The notes beneath the pieces are model-generated. The model did not search any database, was not told the DNA's origin, and saw only the letters and a list, made by a program, of their open reading frames with translations. A DNA stretch of 64,000 nucleotides from the NCBI GenBank assembly GCA_024137785.1, contig JAHRHZ010000235.1:62001-126000 (forward strand). Reading direction: 5' to 3'. Shown here piece after piece: positions 1 to 12,680 of this stretch. The stretch comes from Ginglymostoma cirratum. Taxonomy: Eukaryota. Position 1 is the stretch's first letter, and every line of letters begins with the position of its first letter. Made by a program: the position numbers and the translations under genes.

Positions 1-879
1 GGATGAGAATTTGAAAATCGAGGTGTTGCTGGACTGGGAGACAACGTAGGTCAGTGAGCAGAGTGGTGGGGGTGGTGGGGGTGGGGGGGAATGGGACTTC
101 GTGCGAGTTTGGATTTGGGTACACACTTTGGGATGAGCTGATTCTTACAGAGGCCCGTGGCTATGATGTGGGCCAGGACAACATTGGAATGATCACATTT
201 GGAGTCCCAAAGACAGGGCTGAGATTTTCAGGGGCTGATCTTTGTGATGTGGAGGATGTGGGGCTCAGATCACACTCAAAGATAAGGCCAAGGTAGTAAA
301 GAATCTAGTTGAGCAGCAGACAGTGCTCAGGGAGAGGGATGGAGTTTGTACCGGGAGCTGGAGAGGATGGCTTTGATCTTCCCAATGTGTTTTCCAGTGA
401 GCCTGGCTCCTCAGTCCTGACTGCTCTTAGCTGCTGTGATTGTCACTGATTGGACACTTATTATTAGAGATTCTGACCACAGCAGAAAGCCCCAGTGTAA
501 AAAATAACTGCAAAGCCTGTCAGATCGCAAGGTTGAAACTTCATCAAAAGAGGAAGTGAAAGAAGGAGCTTGGAGCAGCTGGATATTTGTTACTGACATC
601 ACAGGAGGAGGCCATTCAACACATTATGCCTGTGAGTAATACAGGTAGTCCCACTGTCCCTCTCTATCCCCATAACCCAGCAAATCTTTCCTTTTCAGTT
701 CCACCTCCAATTCCCACCTGTAGTCCTGGGTCCACAACATTTTACTGCCCCTAACCTGGGCATCCAATTGACATCTCATTCATTCATTGGGAGACAAACT
801 GCCTGTGCTGGGAAATTGAGCTCAGGACCCTCATTATTCCCTCTCCTCTTCTGAGGGACACTTCAGTTTTTTCTATATT

Positions 880-2830
880 CCCTCGTGGCACTTGGGCATG
901 ACTGGCTGGACCAGAATTTTTAACTGTCCCTAGTCGCTCCTTGAGAATATGCTGGTCAGCTGCATTCTTGAACTGCTATAGCCCACGTGCTGCAGATTGA
1001 CCCACAGTGCCCTTAGGGAGGGGATTCCGTGATGTTGACCCAGTGACAGGGGAAGTTTTATTTCCAAGTCAGGATGGGGAGTGGCTTGGAGGGGAACATG
1101 CAGTTGATGATGTTCCAATGTATCTGCTGCCTTTGCCCTTCTCAATGGAAGACATTGTGTGTTTGGAAGATGCAGTATGAGGGTCTTTCGTGAATTTCTC
1201 CATTTTATGGATAATCCTCACTGCTGCTCCTGACTGTCAGAGGTTGTTGGGTTGGATGCTTTGTGGATGGGAAGCCAATCAAACGGGCTGCTGGCTCTGT
1301 ATGGTATCAATTTTTTAGTTTGAATAAGAAAGTCATAGAATTGGATAGACATGGATAGGAAAGGTTTAGAGGGATATGGGCCAATCACAGGTAAATGGGA
1401 CTAGTTCAGTTTAGGAAACCTGATCAGCAAGGACAGATTTGGCTGAAGGGTCTGTTTCCGTGTTGTGTGACTCTTTGACACTATGACTGTATGAATATTG
1501 TTGGAACTGCACCCATCTAGCCAAGTGGGGAGTATTCCATCACAGTCCTGATTTTTGCCTTGTTGATGGTTGACAGGTTTTGGGCGAATCAGGAGGTGAG
1601 TTACTTGATGCAGTATTCCAAGCCTCTAACGTGGTCTTGTAACCATGGTGTTTCTGCGATGGGACAAATTGAGTTTCTGGTCAATAGTAACCCCTGGGAT
1701 GTTGATAGTGGGGATTCAGTGATGGTAATAGCAGTTTCTTTCAAGGGGTGATGGTTAGATTGTCCTTCTTTTAGTGATGGTCATTGCCTGGTATTAGCAA
1801 TGTGAAATGTCACTTTTCAGACCAAATTTGGATATTGTCCAGTTATTGTTCCATTTGAACATGGACTGCTTCGGTACCTGAGGATTTGTGAATGCTGATG
1901 AACATTGTACAATCATTGGCAAACATTCCATTTCTGAGCTTGCCTTGAGTTACAATGTCTGTGCGTAGTCTGTCCCATTTAGCACAGTGATAGTGTCACG
2001 CAACACGATGGAGGGTATTCTCACTGTGAAGGTCAGACTTTGTCTCCACAAGGACTTGTGGAGGCCTCTCTTACTGCTACTGTCAAGGTCAGATACGTCT
2101 GCAGCTGGCAGATTGGTGAGGATGAGCTCAAGTATGTATTTCCCTCTTTTCGGTTCCTTCCCTGCCAACTGCAGACCCAGTCTAGCAGCTGTGCCCTTTA
2201 GGACCTGACCAGCTTGATCAGTCGTGCTGCTGCTGAGCCATTCTCAGTGGTGGACATTGAAGTCCCCCACCCAGAGGAAATTCTGTGCCCTCACCACCTT
2301 CAGTGCTTCCTCCAAGTGCTGTTCAACCTGGAGGAGAGGCTGATCCAGCAACCAAGGGAGGATGGTACGTGGTAATCAGCAGGAGGTTTCCTTGTCCATG
2401 TTTAACCTGGTATCAAGTGACTTCATGGGGTCCAGAGACAATGTTGAGGACTCCCAGGGTAACTCCCTCCTGACTGTATCCCACTGTGCTGCCAGCTCTG
2501 CTGGGTCTGCCTTTCTGGTGGGACAGGACATACCAAGGGATGGTGATGGTGGTGTCTGGGACATTGCCTGTAAGGTCTGATACCATGAGTATGACTGTGT
2601 CAGGCAGTAGCTTGACTAGTCTGTGAAATAGCTCTCCCAAATTTGGTACTAGGCCCCAGATGTCAGTAAGGAGGATGGAGCAGGGTAGACAGAGCTGTTT
2701 CTGCCGCTGTCTTTCCGGTGCCTAGATCGATGCCGGGTGATCCATCCGGGTTCATTTCTTTTTTGAGATGTCATCACGATTGATACAACTGAGTGCCTTG
2801 CTCGGCCATTTCAGAGGGCAGTTAATAGTC
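880..2830 (-). mobile_element. Decayed CR1-clade LINE (endonuclease to 3' end)
   Basis: Minus-strand fragments such as GKYILELILTNLPAADVSDLDSS (APE endonuclease C-terminal region). The same family occurs at 52600-54160 (+) and 59410-59915 (-). Confidence 0.7.
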
Positions 2831-3494
2831 AACTGCATTATGGGGGGTGGGGGGCAGTTCCATGGACCCTAACTGCACATTCCTACCTCCCCAACTTCCT
2901 TATTCTGTATGTGGAATTCTGGAGCCTGTCCGAAGGATATTCCACTGCAGGAGCTATCACCCCTATGCATAATTTTGCCGCCACATGAAATCCACACAAA
3001 TCTTGAATTCACATAGTCCCTTCAATGTCCAAAACATTCCAAGATGTTTCACAAAGTTGCAGTAAGAGGAATGGGGGAGGGGGTGGAAGAACTTAAGGAC
3101 TCGGTGCAGGAGCAGGATATTCAGCCCCTCGAGCCTGCTCCTCCATTGAATAAGATCATGGCCGATCCCATCTCAGCCTCAACTCCACTTTTCTGTCCCC
3201 TTTCCATCAGCCTTTAACACAGTACACATTAAAAATCTGTCCATCTCTTCCTTGGTGTGAGACAGGGAGGGGACCACTCCATCTCAGACAAGTTGGTATT
3301 TATGGAGCATAGATGGATGAAGCTGGGAGAGAACATCAGAATCATTGAGTTAGGAGGCGGGATGAGCAGGAATAAGGGTTTCTGTGGTTAAGGAACTGAT
3401 GTAGTGCAGAGACGGATAATGTTGTGGAGATGGATAGGATCAAGAGAGTGTAGATTTTGAAGCTGAGTTACTGGGGGACCAAGTGGATATAATG

Positions 3495-4010
3495 CCCATG
3501 TTTACTGGTCTATATTGGAAGGTCCAATCAGAATGAGGTACATGTCTACTGGTCTCTGTTAGAATGTCCAATGGGAAGGAGGCCCAGACTTACTAGTCTC
3601 TGTTGGAGGTCCAGTGGGAATGAGACACGCATGTCTTGGTCACTAGTGGAGCAGCCACTGGGACTGTGGCACATGTTTCCTGGTAATTATTGGACGATCC
3701 AATTGTACAAATGTCCATGTTTACTGATCTCTGTTGGAGGACCCATTGGGAAGGAAGTCCTTGTTTTCTGGTGTCTCCTGGAGAGTCCAGACTGAAGGAG
3801 GCCCGTGTTTACTGGTCTGTATTGGAGGGTCCAGTGGGAAGGACGGCCATGATTACTCGTCTCTTTTAGAGGGTTCAGTGTGAAGAAGGCCCATGTTTAC
3901 TGGTTTCTACTGGAGGGGTCAGTGTGAATGTGGTCCATGTTTCTCTATCAGATGGTCCAGTAAACTGACTTCCATGTTTACTGGTCTCTTCTAGAGAGAC
4001 AAGTAGGACA
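3495..4010. repeat. Diverged tandem repeat, unit about 44-45 bp
   Basis: About 11 copies of GGCCCATGTTTACTGGTCTCTGTTGGAGGGTCCAGTGGGAAGGA-like units. A shorter paralogous array lies at about 32715-32865. Confidence 0.85.
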
Positions 4011-4474
4011 TGGACACCATGGTGGGTGTGGGCTCAGTTCCTTCCTGTTGTAACTGTGTGATGGTCCAGCCGTCATCCCTATAAAACACCCTGACCCGGA
4101 GCCTACCATGGAAGGGGAAGGAGAGGGGAAGGGATTGGTACATGTTGTGAATGGATAGGATGGGTCAGTGGGTGAGAGCCTGTCCTGTCCCTCCAGCTCA
4201 CACTTATTGCCTGAGGGTCTCCTCTTTCTGCTGGGCCTTCATGGAATGAGGTTTGTGTCCAAACCAGTCCCCAGTGAGAATAGGCCAACACCCCAAACTG
4301 TCCTTCATTTGACAAGAATCTATCCGTCTTCCTGACAGAGGCCAAAACCTGGTCAATGTTACAATTGGGACTGTACTCCAGGTGAAAACATTGTTGTGGG
4401 GTCAAAGGTTAGCATTCATTAATGGGGCAGAGCAGAGGGAGATAAACTCTGCATTTATATGTCACCACCTGTGG

Positions 4475-5145
4475 GAAAGAGAGAGAACAGAGACAGAGAG
4501 ATGGAGCGAGTGTGTGAGAGAGAGATATATTGAGAGAGGTGCATCTGAGAAAGTATGAGTTGTTTGAATTGAGCGATAGAGAATTAAATGGTGGCAGAGA
4601 TGGTGAGATTGAGGGATAGAGAGAGGGAAATAGAATGTGAGACAATGTGACTGAGACGAATGGTGGGCGGTGCGGGTGGAGAGAGAGAGAGAGAAAGAGA
4701 AAGTGAGAGAAAGAGACAGAGTGGTGATAACATCAAAAGTGAATGGACCAAAGAGAGAGAGGGCAGGGTCGAGAGTGAAAGAGAGAGAAAAAAATACATG
4801 AATCGGATTTGAGACAGAATGACAGAGAGGGAGGAAGAGAGACTGTCGTTTATGAGGTAAAGAGGGAGGATAAGAGAAAGAGGGAGGAATAGAGACGGGC
4901 AGATAACAGTTGGAGGCTTTTAACTGAAGTGAGAGAGGGAGCAAACGAGGGTAATACTGACAGATGGAGAAATGGAAACTGTGAGACAGAGTGAGAGAGT
5001 GTGAGTGAGTGAGAGAGAACGACTATGAGTCAGAGTAACAGAGAGATAAAATGAGAGACAGTGGGGGAGAGAGAGAGCGAGAGGGAGAGAGCAAGACAGA
5101 TGTAAGACAGAGAGGGAGAGAGAGAGACACAGAGAGAGAGAGAGG
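4475..5145. repeat. GA-rich low-complexity / (GA)n tract
   Basis: Purine-rich degenerate (GA)n. Similar tracts occur at 6103-6150, 7124-7146, 32940-33560 and (CT-rich) 55530-55740. Confidence 0.85.
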
Positions 5146-6090
5146 TGCTGGTCATCACATTATGTGAAGTGTGTGATTATATTTGAGAGCGTGCAGAGGA
5201 GATTTCCCAGGATTGTGCCTGGTCTGGAGGGTCTGAGCTCTGAGGAAAGATTGAAAAGGCTGATGCTGTTTTCATAATAGCAGTGAAGGTTGAGAGGGGA
5301 CCATTCAGAGGAATATATGAGTATGAGGAGCAGAGACAGAGTGGGTAGGAAGGCAACTTTTACATGAATAGGGGGTCAATAACCAGGGACAGGGATTAAA
5401 GGTATCACAGACATAGAAACACAGAACTAGGGGCAGCAGTAGGCCCTTTGAAACTGATCTGTCATTCAATATGATCATGGCTGATCCTCTCTCGCAATTC
5501 CATTTTCCTGCATTCTCAGCATTTGCTTGATGCTATTAAAATGCAAAATAATTACCTCTCTCTTTTTCTTGAATATATTCAGTGTCTTGGACCCCATAGC
5601 TCTCTGTGGGAGAGAATTCCACAGGTTGACCACCCTCTGAGTGAAGAAAAGTTTCCTCATCTCAGTCCTAAATGGTCTACCCCATATCCCCCTGAGACTG
5701 TGTCCCCTGATTCTACCCTCCCCAACCAGGGGAAACCTCCTCCCTGCATCAGGCCTGTCCAGGCCTGATAGAATTGTATACATTTCCATCAGATCCCCTC
5801 TCATCCTTTTCAACTCGAGTGAATCCAGGCCCAGTCAAGGTAGAGGCTGAGAGGAGAGTTGAGGAGAAATGTTTTCACCCAGAGGGTGGTGGGAGTCTGG
5901 GACTCACTGCCTGAAAGACTGGCTATGTCAGACACTCTCGGAACATTGAAGGAGGATTTAGATATTCACTTGCATTGCTGTAGCCTCCAGGGCTATGGGT
6001 CAAGAGCTGGAAAACAAGATTAGTGTCGTCAGAACTTTGTTGTACAACACAGACACAATGGACCAAATGGACTCATTCAGTGTTGTCCAC
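5145..6090. mobile_element. Nested CR1/HER1-type LINE 3' fragments in both orientations
   Basis: ORF 5475-5813 (-) RMRGDLMEMYTILSGLDR...FFTQRVVNLWNSLP is the typical CR1 ORF2 C-terminus. It interrupts a + strand copy at 5145-5410 and 5840-6090. Confidence 0.85.
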
Positions 6091-6100
6091 ATCAATGACT

Positions 6101-6152
<52 letters not shown>

Positions 6153-6193
6153 AGAGGAGGTGTGAGGGGCTGACTTGGCTCACTCTCTGCCTG

Positions 6194-6252
6194 ATGCAAT
6201 TTACATACTGAGGAACAGCCAGTGAGACTCCCACAGGCTGCAGCTTTATAAA
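6194..6252 (+). promoter_or_regulatory. Ig light-chain V promoter: degenerate octamer plus TATA box
   Basis: ATGCAATTTACAT at 6194-6206 contains ATTTACAT (6199-6206), one mismatch from the VL octamer ATTTGCAT. TTTATAAA lies at 6245-6252. They are about 110 and 65 bp upstream of the leader ATG at 6313. Confidence 0.75.
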
Positions 6253-6312
6253 GCAGGGCTCAGTGAAGGGACAGTTAATCAGGAACCAGGCACAGCGACA
6301 GGAGCACACACC

Positions 6313-6361
6313 ATGATTTCACACATCCAGCTGATCTGGCTTCTGGCATTCTGAGTCGCAG
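6313..6361 (+). pseudogene. IGKV: Ig kappa-type (NS4-like) light-chain leader exon with in-frame stop
   Basis: Translates MISHIQLIWLLAF*VA-G, with TGA at 6352-6354 where Cys is expected. A phase-1 donor GTATAA follows at 6362. It matches the recalled shark NS4 leader MISHIQLIWxLAFCVAG. Confidence 0.9.
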
Positions 6362-6547
6362 GTATAAATCTCTCTCCTTCCACCTTGAATCTTTAGCTGC
6401 TCTCCATCTCACTCCAATTCCACCGACTTGTGATTGAAGGGAAAGTGCTGAGACCAGGGGAATGCTCAGCGTCGCCAACAGTCTCTCATTTGACAGGCTC
6501 TTTCTGTGACAGTTCTGACTTTACTGTGTTTCTCTCTGACCCCTCAG

Positions 6548-6842
6548 GTATCAGTGGCATCATCATGAACCAGTTCCCTCCGGTGCTGTCAGTGAGACTG
6601 GGCCAGACCGCAACCATCACCTGTACGGCCACCACATATTCTGGAAGCTGTGTTAATTGATACCAGCAGCGAGAAGGACAGGAACCCTCTCTCCTGATCT
6701 ACGATGCAACAACTCGATTCACAGGAGTCTCCGAGTGATTCAGAGGCAGTAAACAGTCCAACAAATACACCCTGACAATCAGCAACGTTCAGAATGAGGA
6801 CATCGCTGACTATTACTGTCAGCAAGGTTCCAGCTTCCCCTA
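6548..6842 (+). pseudogene. IGKV: Ig kappa-type V exon, unrearranged, pseudogene
   Basis: After acceptor CCCTCAG (6541-6547) it reads (G)[95 protein letters not shown]. Both V-domain cysteines and DYYC are present. TGA replaces the FR2 Trp (6658-6660) and an FR3 Arg (6736-6738). Confidence 0.95.
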
Positions 6843-6870
6843 CACAGGGATACAGAGCCTTTCAAAAACC
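6843..6870 (+). other. V recombination signal sequence, 12-bp spacer
   Basis: Heptamer CACAGGG (6843-6849), 12-nt spacer ATACAGAGCCTT, nonamer TCAAAAACC (6862-6870). Each has one mismatch to CACAGTG / ACAAAAACC. V-12 / J-23 is the kappa configuration. Confidence 0.93.
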
Positions 6871-7178
6871 CCAATACACACAGCACCAACTCCTGCACTT
6901 ACTCATCCCACAGTTATATATAAATGAAACTAAACAAATGACCCCATGCCAGGATTGTCACTGCCCACTACACACTTCAGTGCCTGCTGTGTCCACCGCT
7001 CACTGAAGGCCTCAAGTTTCCCTTTTACACTCCATGGCCACATATGAAGGGCAGCTGCAAGATTTAACATCAAAAATAAATATCACAAATCTCCCGGACC
7101 CAGCTGGATGCAACCCAGAGGGACAGAGAGAGAGAGAGAGAGAGAGGGTGAGAGTGATGAAGGGAAGCAGAGAGCAGA

Positions 7179-7217
7179 GGTTTATGTACCGCCTCTGCAC
7201 TGGGAGCTCTCACTATG
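7179..7217 (+). other. J recombination signal sequence, 23-bp spacer
   Basis: Nonamer GGTTTATGT (7179-7187), 23-nt spacer (7188-7210), heptamer CACTATG (7211-7217). Each has one mismatch to GGTTTTTGT / CACTGTG. Confidence 0.92.
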
Positions 7218-7252
7218 ACATACGTTCGGTAATGGAACCAAGCTCAGATTGA
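7218..7252 (+). pseudogene. IGKJ: Ig kappa-type J segment of the pseudogene cluster (frame itself open)
   Basis: Reads HTFGNGTKLRL-(S) with the FGxG motif. A donor GTAAGT at 7253-7258 is in phase with the C exon acceptor. Confidence 0.93.
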
Positions 7253-7704
7253 GTAAGTGAAACTCAATCCTCCGTTATTAACCCTTTTGAATACTGAAAC
7301 TTTCTGCAACACAAATGCTGAATTGTTGAAGGTGTTAATGGGGAGCTGCAGTGAATGAAATGGTTGATTGAGGAGCACTGTGTCTAACAATGGGTCCAGC
7401 TGTATTTCTTTAGTTCCCTTGCCCCCTTGAAGCAGCAAAATATAAGTCAGTAAGTTTTACTCACCGTGTGGAGGAGCTGTGCCCGTTTGCAGCTTGTGGT
7501 CACATTCCTGCAACATGGAGTGAAATCAATGAGCAGCGTCCTGCCAGACTCAGTGTGACGGACACGGACAGAGTTTGATGTCAGCTCTGGCCCCCTGTCC
7601 CAGTCTCTGATCTCAATGACCCCAGCAGCAGCAGCAGCACAGTGAGACACCGAGCTCCCACCTCCTCCAGCTTTAACTCTGCTCAATCACACACTCACTG
7701 AATT

Positions 7705-10700
7705 GTTACAGTGCACAGGGAGGCCATTCGCCCATCCTGTCTGGACCGGCTCTCCGAATGAGAAATTCACTGGGTTTCATTCTCATGCCTTCTCCCCTTC
7801 ACCCTGCACATTGTTCCTTTTCAAATAAGAGCCTCATTCCATTCAGAAAGATTTAATTGAAGCTGCCTCCACTGCACTCACAGGCAGTGCATCCCATACC
7901 TTAACCACTCGCTTGCTGAAAATGGTATTCCTCATCTCGCTCTTGCTTCCTTTCCCAATTACTTTCAATCTGCGACCTTTCGCTCTCGATTCTTTCACAA
8001 GTGGGAACATTTTCTCCCTGTTTACGCTGTCCAGACACCTCCTGATTTTGAATTCCTCGATCAAATCTCCTCACAGCCTTCTCTTCTCCACGGAAGACAG
8101 TTCCAAATACTCCAATTTATCTTTGTAACTGATGTTTCTCATCCCTGGAACCATCTTTGGGAATATATTTTGTCATCTGTGCAAAACATTCACATCCTTC
8201 CTGAATTATTCACATTTTCTGGGCCGCTCATGATTATATAAATAACTATGAGGTGACCCATCAGCCTCCTACACTTCAAGGAACAAAGTCCCAGCCTTTC
8301 CAACCTCTCATTGTCATGGAATCATACAGCATGGAAACAGACCTTTAGGCCCAACTTGTCCACACTGACCAGATACCCTAAACTGACCTCATTCCATGAG
8401 CCAGCATTTGGTCTATATACCTCTGAACCCATCTTGTTCACGTACCCATATAAATATCTTTTCAATGTTGTAATTTTATCTGCCCCCAACACTTCCTCTG
8501 GCAGCTCGATCTATACACACACCACCCTCTGTGTGAAAAGTTACCCCTCAGGTCCCTTTTGAATCTTTCCCCTCTCACCTTAAACCTGTGGCCCTCTAGT
8601 TTTAGACTCCCCTTCCCGGGGAAATGACCTTGGCTATTCACCCTCTTCATGCCCCTCATGATTTTATAAACCACCTTAAGGTCACCCGTCAGCCTCCAAC
8701 GCTCCAGTGAAAACAGCCCCAGCCGAACCAGCCTCTCTCTGAAGCTCAAACCCTCCAATCCTGACAACTTCCTTTTAAATATTTTCTACAACCTTTTAAG
8801 TTTAACAACATCCTTCTGAAAGCAGGACGATCAGATTGTTCACATTTTTTCTAAAAGTGGCCTAACCAATCTCCTGTATAGCTGCAACATTATGTCCCAT
8901 CTCCTATACTCAATGCGTGACAAATAAAGGCAAGAGTGCCAATCACCTTTTTCATCACCCTGCCCCCCTGCGACTCCATTTTCAAGGAACAATGCACCTG
9001 CACCACGACGTCACTTGGTTCAGCAACGCTCTATAAATCCCTACTGTTAAGTGTGTATGTGCTGCCTTGGTTTGCCTTTCCAAAATGCAACACTTCACAT
9101 TTATCTGTAATAAGCTCCATCTATCACTCTTCTGCCTATTGTCCCATCAGATCAAGGTCCCACTGTACTCTGAGATAATCTTCTTCAATTTACACTATAC
9201 CACCAATACCTCATCCCGCCCCCTTGACCTGTCCGTCCTCCCTGGACTGACCTATCTCCTCCCTACCTCCCCACCTACATTCACCTTTACTGGCTCCATC
9301 CCAGCCTCTTTGGCTTGTCTGTCTCCTCTCCACCTATCCTCCCCTCTATCCATCTTCTATCGGCCTCCCCCCTCTCCCTATTTATTTCAGAACCCTCTTC
9401 CCCTCCCCCATTTCTGATGAAGGGTCTCGGCCCAAAACGTCAAGCTTTCCTGCTCCTATGATGCTGCTTGGCCTGCTGTGTTCATCCAGCTCCACACTTT
9501 GTTATCTCAGATTCTCCAACATCTGTAGTACCTATTATCTCTGATACCACCAATTTTGTTGTCATTTACAAACTTACTGACTAGCCTCCTATATTCACAT
9601 CCAAATCATTAATTTAAATGATGAAAAGCAGTAGACCCAGCACCAATCCCTACGGCACACCGTTGGTCACAGAACTCCAGTCCGAAACACAACCCTCTAC
9701 CACCACTCTCTGTCTCCTGTCTTCCAACCAATTTGTAACTAAATGGCTAGCTCACCCTGGATCCTATGTGATCTAACCTTGCTAATCAGTCTACCATGTA
9801 GAATCTTGTCAAACGCTTTGCTGAAGTCAATATAAACAATGTCTACTCTTCTGCCTTCATCAATCTTTTTAACTCTTTCAAAAAACCTCAATGAAGCTGG
9901 TGAGACATGATTTCCCATTTACAAAACCACACTGACTATCCCTAACCAATCCCTGCCTTTCCAAATGTATGCCAATCCTTTCCCTCAGAAAACCCTCCAA
10001 CAACTTACTCACCACTGACATCAGGCTCACAGTCAAATGTTCACTGACTTTTCCTTGCAGCCTTTCTTAAATATCGATATAACATTAACCAAACTCTCCG
10101 GTTCTCTGGCACCTCACCCATGACTGTTGATGATACAAATAACTCAGCAAGGGGCCCAGCAATCTCTTCCCTAGCTTCCCACAATGTTCTGGGATACGCC
10201 TGAACAGGTCCCGGGGATTTATCTACCTTTATGTGTTTTAAGACCTCTAGAACCTCTTCTTCCGTATTGTGATCTCTTTTCAAGACATCACTGTTTTTCC
10301 AAGATAACTAGCTTTCAATCCATTCTCCAAAGTAAATACTGATGCATTATTTTTGTTTCGAATCTAACCTGTCTCCTGTGTCTTCCCAAAATGCAGCATA
10401 TCGCATTTATCTGAATTACTCTGCATCTGCTATTCCTCGGCCCACTGACCCAGTTGATCAAGTTCCCATTATTCTCTTAGACAACTTTCTTCACTGACCA
10501 CTATGCCGCCTATTTTAGTCTCATCTGTAAACTTACCAACTATTCCTCCTTTCTTCTCATCCAAATCATTTATAGAAATGATGAAAAATGGTGGCACATT
10601 TTTCCACACACAAAGCCAAACGAGTCCTTGCCTTTCCAAATGCATGCAGATCCTGTCTCACAGAATCTCCACCAACAACATACCCACCACTGACATTAGG

Positions 10701-12680
10701 CTCACCGGCCTGTAATTTCTTGGTTTTACCTTGCAGCTTTTCCTAAATAATGGCACAACATTCACCATCCTGTCTGCTGGCACCTCAGCTGTGAATGTCA
10801 ATGATACAAATATCTCAGCAAGGGACACAGCAATCTCTTCCCTCTCTTCCCACAATGTCCTGGGATACACTTGATCACGTCCCAGAGATTTACCTACATT
10901 TGTGCATATTAAGAAATCCTCTTCTGTAATGTGGATTCTTGTCAATACATTACTGTTTGTCTCCTGATTTCCCAAGCTTCCATGTCTTTTTCCATGCTAA
11001 ATGCTGATGCGAAATATCCATTTAGGATCTCACCTATTTCCTGTGGCTCCATACAAAGGTGCTTTGTTCGTCTTTAAGGGGCCCAATTCTCAACCTAGTT
11101 ACTCTTTTTCCTTTTCCTAATTACCATAATTATACCACTTTTGCTCTCAAAAGAGCTCAGGAATTGTTTGCCCTCCTTCAACCAAACCTTGGAGGGCCGA
11201 AGGGCCTGTTCCTGGACTGTAAGTTTTCTTTGTTCTTTGTTCTTTGTTCAAACCTCAACTCTTCCAGAACTACATCCCCTATTTTTTCCCCTCAGGACTC
11301 TCCAACTTCCATGGGGTAAGGATGCATCAGGTATGAATAAATCAGGATCAATAGTTGGCAGGTGTTTACCTGAGTGAGTCTTGTTGACCCTGAAATGGCC
11401 ATTACCCTTTTCCGTTGTCTCCCTCAACCTTGTGATACGGTGATCACTCTTCCCTAAATATCCTCTCACTGACACTTGATCGACACGAGCCTCCTCATTC
11501 CCAAAATCCAGGTCGAGCAGAGCCTCCTTTCTCATTGGACTGGAAACGCACGGCTAGAAAAAGTCATCTGAACACACTCTCCAATACTGGCCGCTCTCTG
11601 CCCATCACACTGCTACTATCCCAGTCAATATTCAGATAATTAAAGTCTCGATCATGTTTACACCTCTCTGTAAAGTCCTTGAAGATTTGTTCCTCTACAT
11701 CCTCCCCACTGGTTGAAGACCTATCGACTACACTGAGCATTCTGTGAACCTTGGTGTTCCTCTCTGATATTCCCTCATGGTTCCCACAGCCTTGTCAAGT
11801 TAGTTTAAACCTTCTCCAACAGCACAAACAAATCACCCCACAAGGAATTCAGTCCCAGCTCTGTTCAGGAGTAACCCATCCGGTCTGTACAGCTTCCTTC
11901 TCCCCCAGAGATAGTCCCAATGTCCCAAGAATTTAAAGCCCTCCCTATTGGAACCTCTTTCCAGTCCCACATTCACCTCTCTTATCCTCCTGTTCCTATT
12001 TTCACTTACGTGCGACTCTGGGATTATTTTGAAGATTTCAACTCTGCCTTTGAGCTCCTGTTGCTAATTCCCTTCCGATCTCCATAAATTCTGACTGCAG
12101 AACCACATTCTTTTTCTCTCTCTGTCACTGGGACCGATGTGGACCACGTCTGCTGACTGTTCCCCCTGTCTCCTCAGGGTGCTCTGCAGCTGCTCAATGA
12201 CAGCCTTGACCCTGGCACCAAGGAGACAGCACACCAGCCTGGATTCCCATCTGCAGCTGCAGAAACACCTATCAATGCTCTCGCTCTCGAATCCCCTCTC
12301 ACTATTGCTCTTCCAGTCTTCCTTGTGCCCCTCAACACCAACTCCCGGACAGCTGAGCCACAAGTGGTGCCATGGGCTTGGCTCTAACTACACTCCCCAG
12401 ATGAAACATCATTCCTATCAGGATTCTGAACTGAATCCTGATTGGAGATCTGCAAACTGAGCAACAAGGCCCTCAGTTCCTTCGCCCAGATCATTACTTT
12501 ATAATGTGAATATTTGTGGTCCTAACACTGACCCACATGAGACTCCACTAATCCCTGACTGCCAGCCCCTAAAATGCCACTTTATCCCCACTCTCTGCCT
12601 TCGGCGAGTCAGCCAATCCTCTGTCCATGCCAATACCTTTCCCCTAACATCATGGGCGCTTTTCTTATTTAGCAGCACTA
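7705..12680 (-). mobile_element. Stack of CR1/HER1 LINE fragments filling the J-C intron
   Basis: ORF2 C-terminal pieces (7843-8064, 8462-8767), RT pieces (DKSPGP..YPRTLWEAREEIAGPL; RNYRPVSLMSVVG) and an ORF1 esterase-like piece (LVCCLLGARV...VVHIGPSD, 12064-12363). Confidence 0.85.
9205..9545 (+). mobile_element. Penelope-like element 3' terminal fragment inserted in CR1
   Basis: Similar to the 3' end of the element at 21800-22110. It carries a hammerhead-like motif CTGATGAAGGGTCTCGGCCCAAAACGTC (9414-9441) with G12 mutated. Confidence 0.7.

Noticed and set aside
7638-7644. Isolated CACAGTG in the J-C intron as a stand-alone RSS
   Set aside because: No nonamer at 12 or 23 bp, and about one such 7-mer is expected by chance in an 8-kb intron. 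It is kept only as part of the speculative KDE-like hypothesis.
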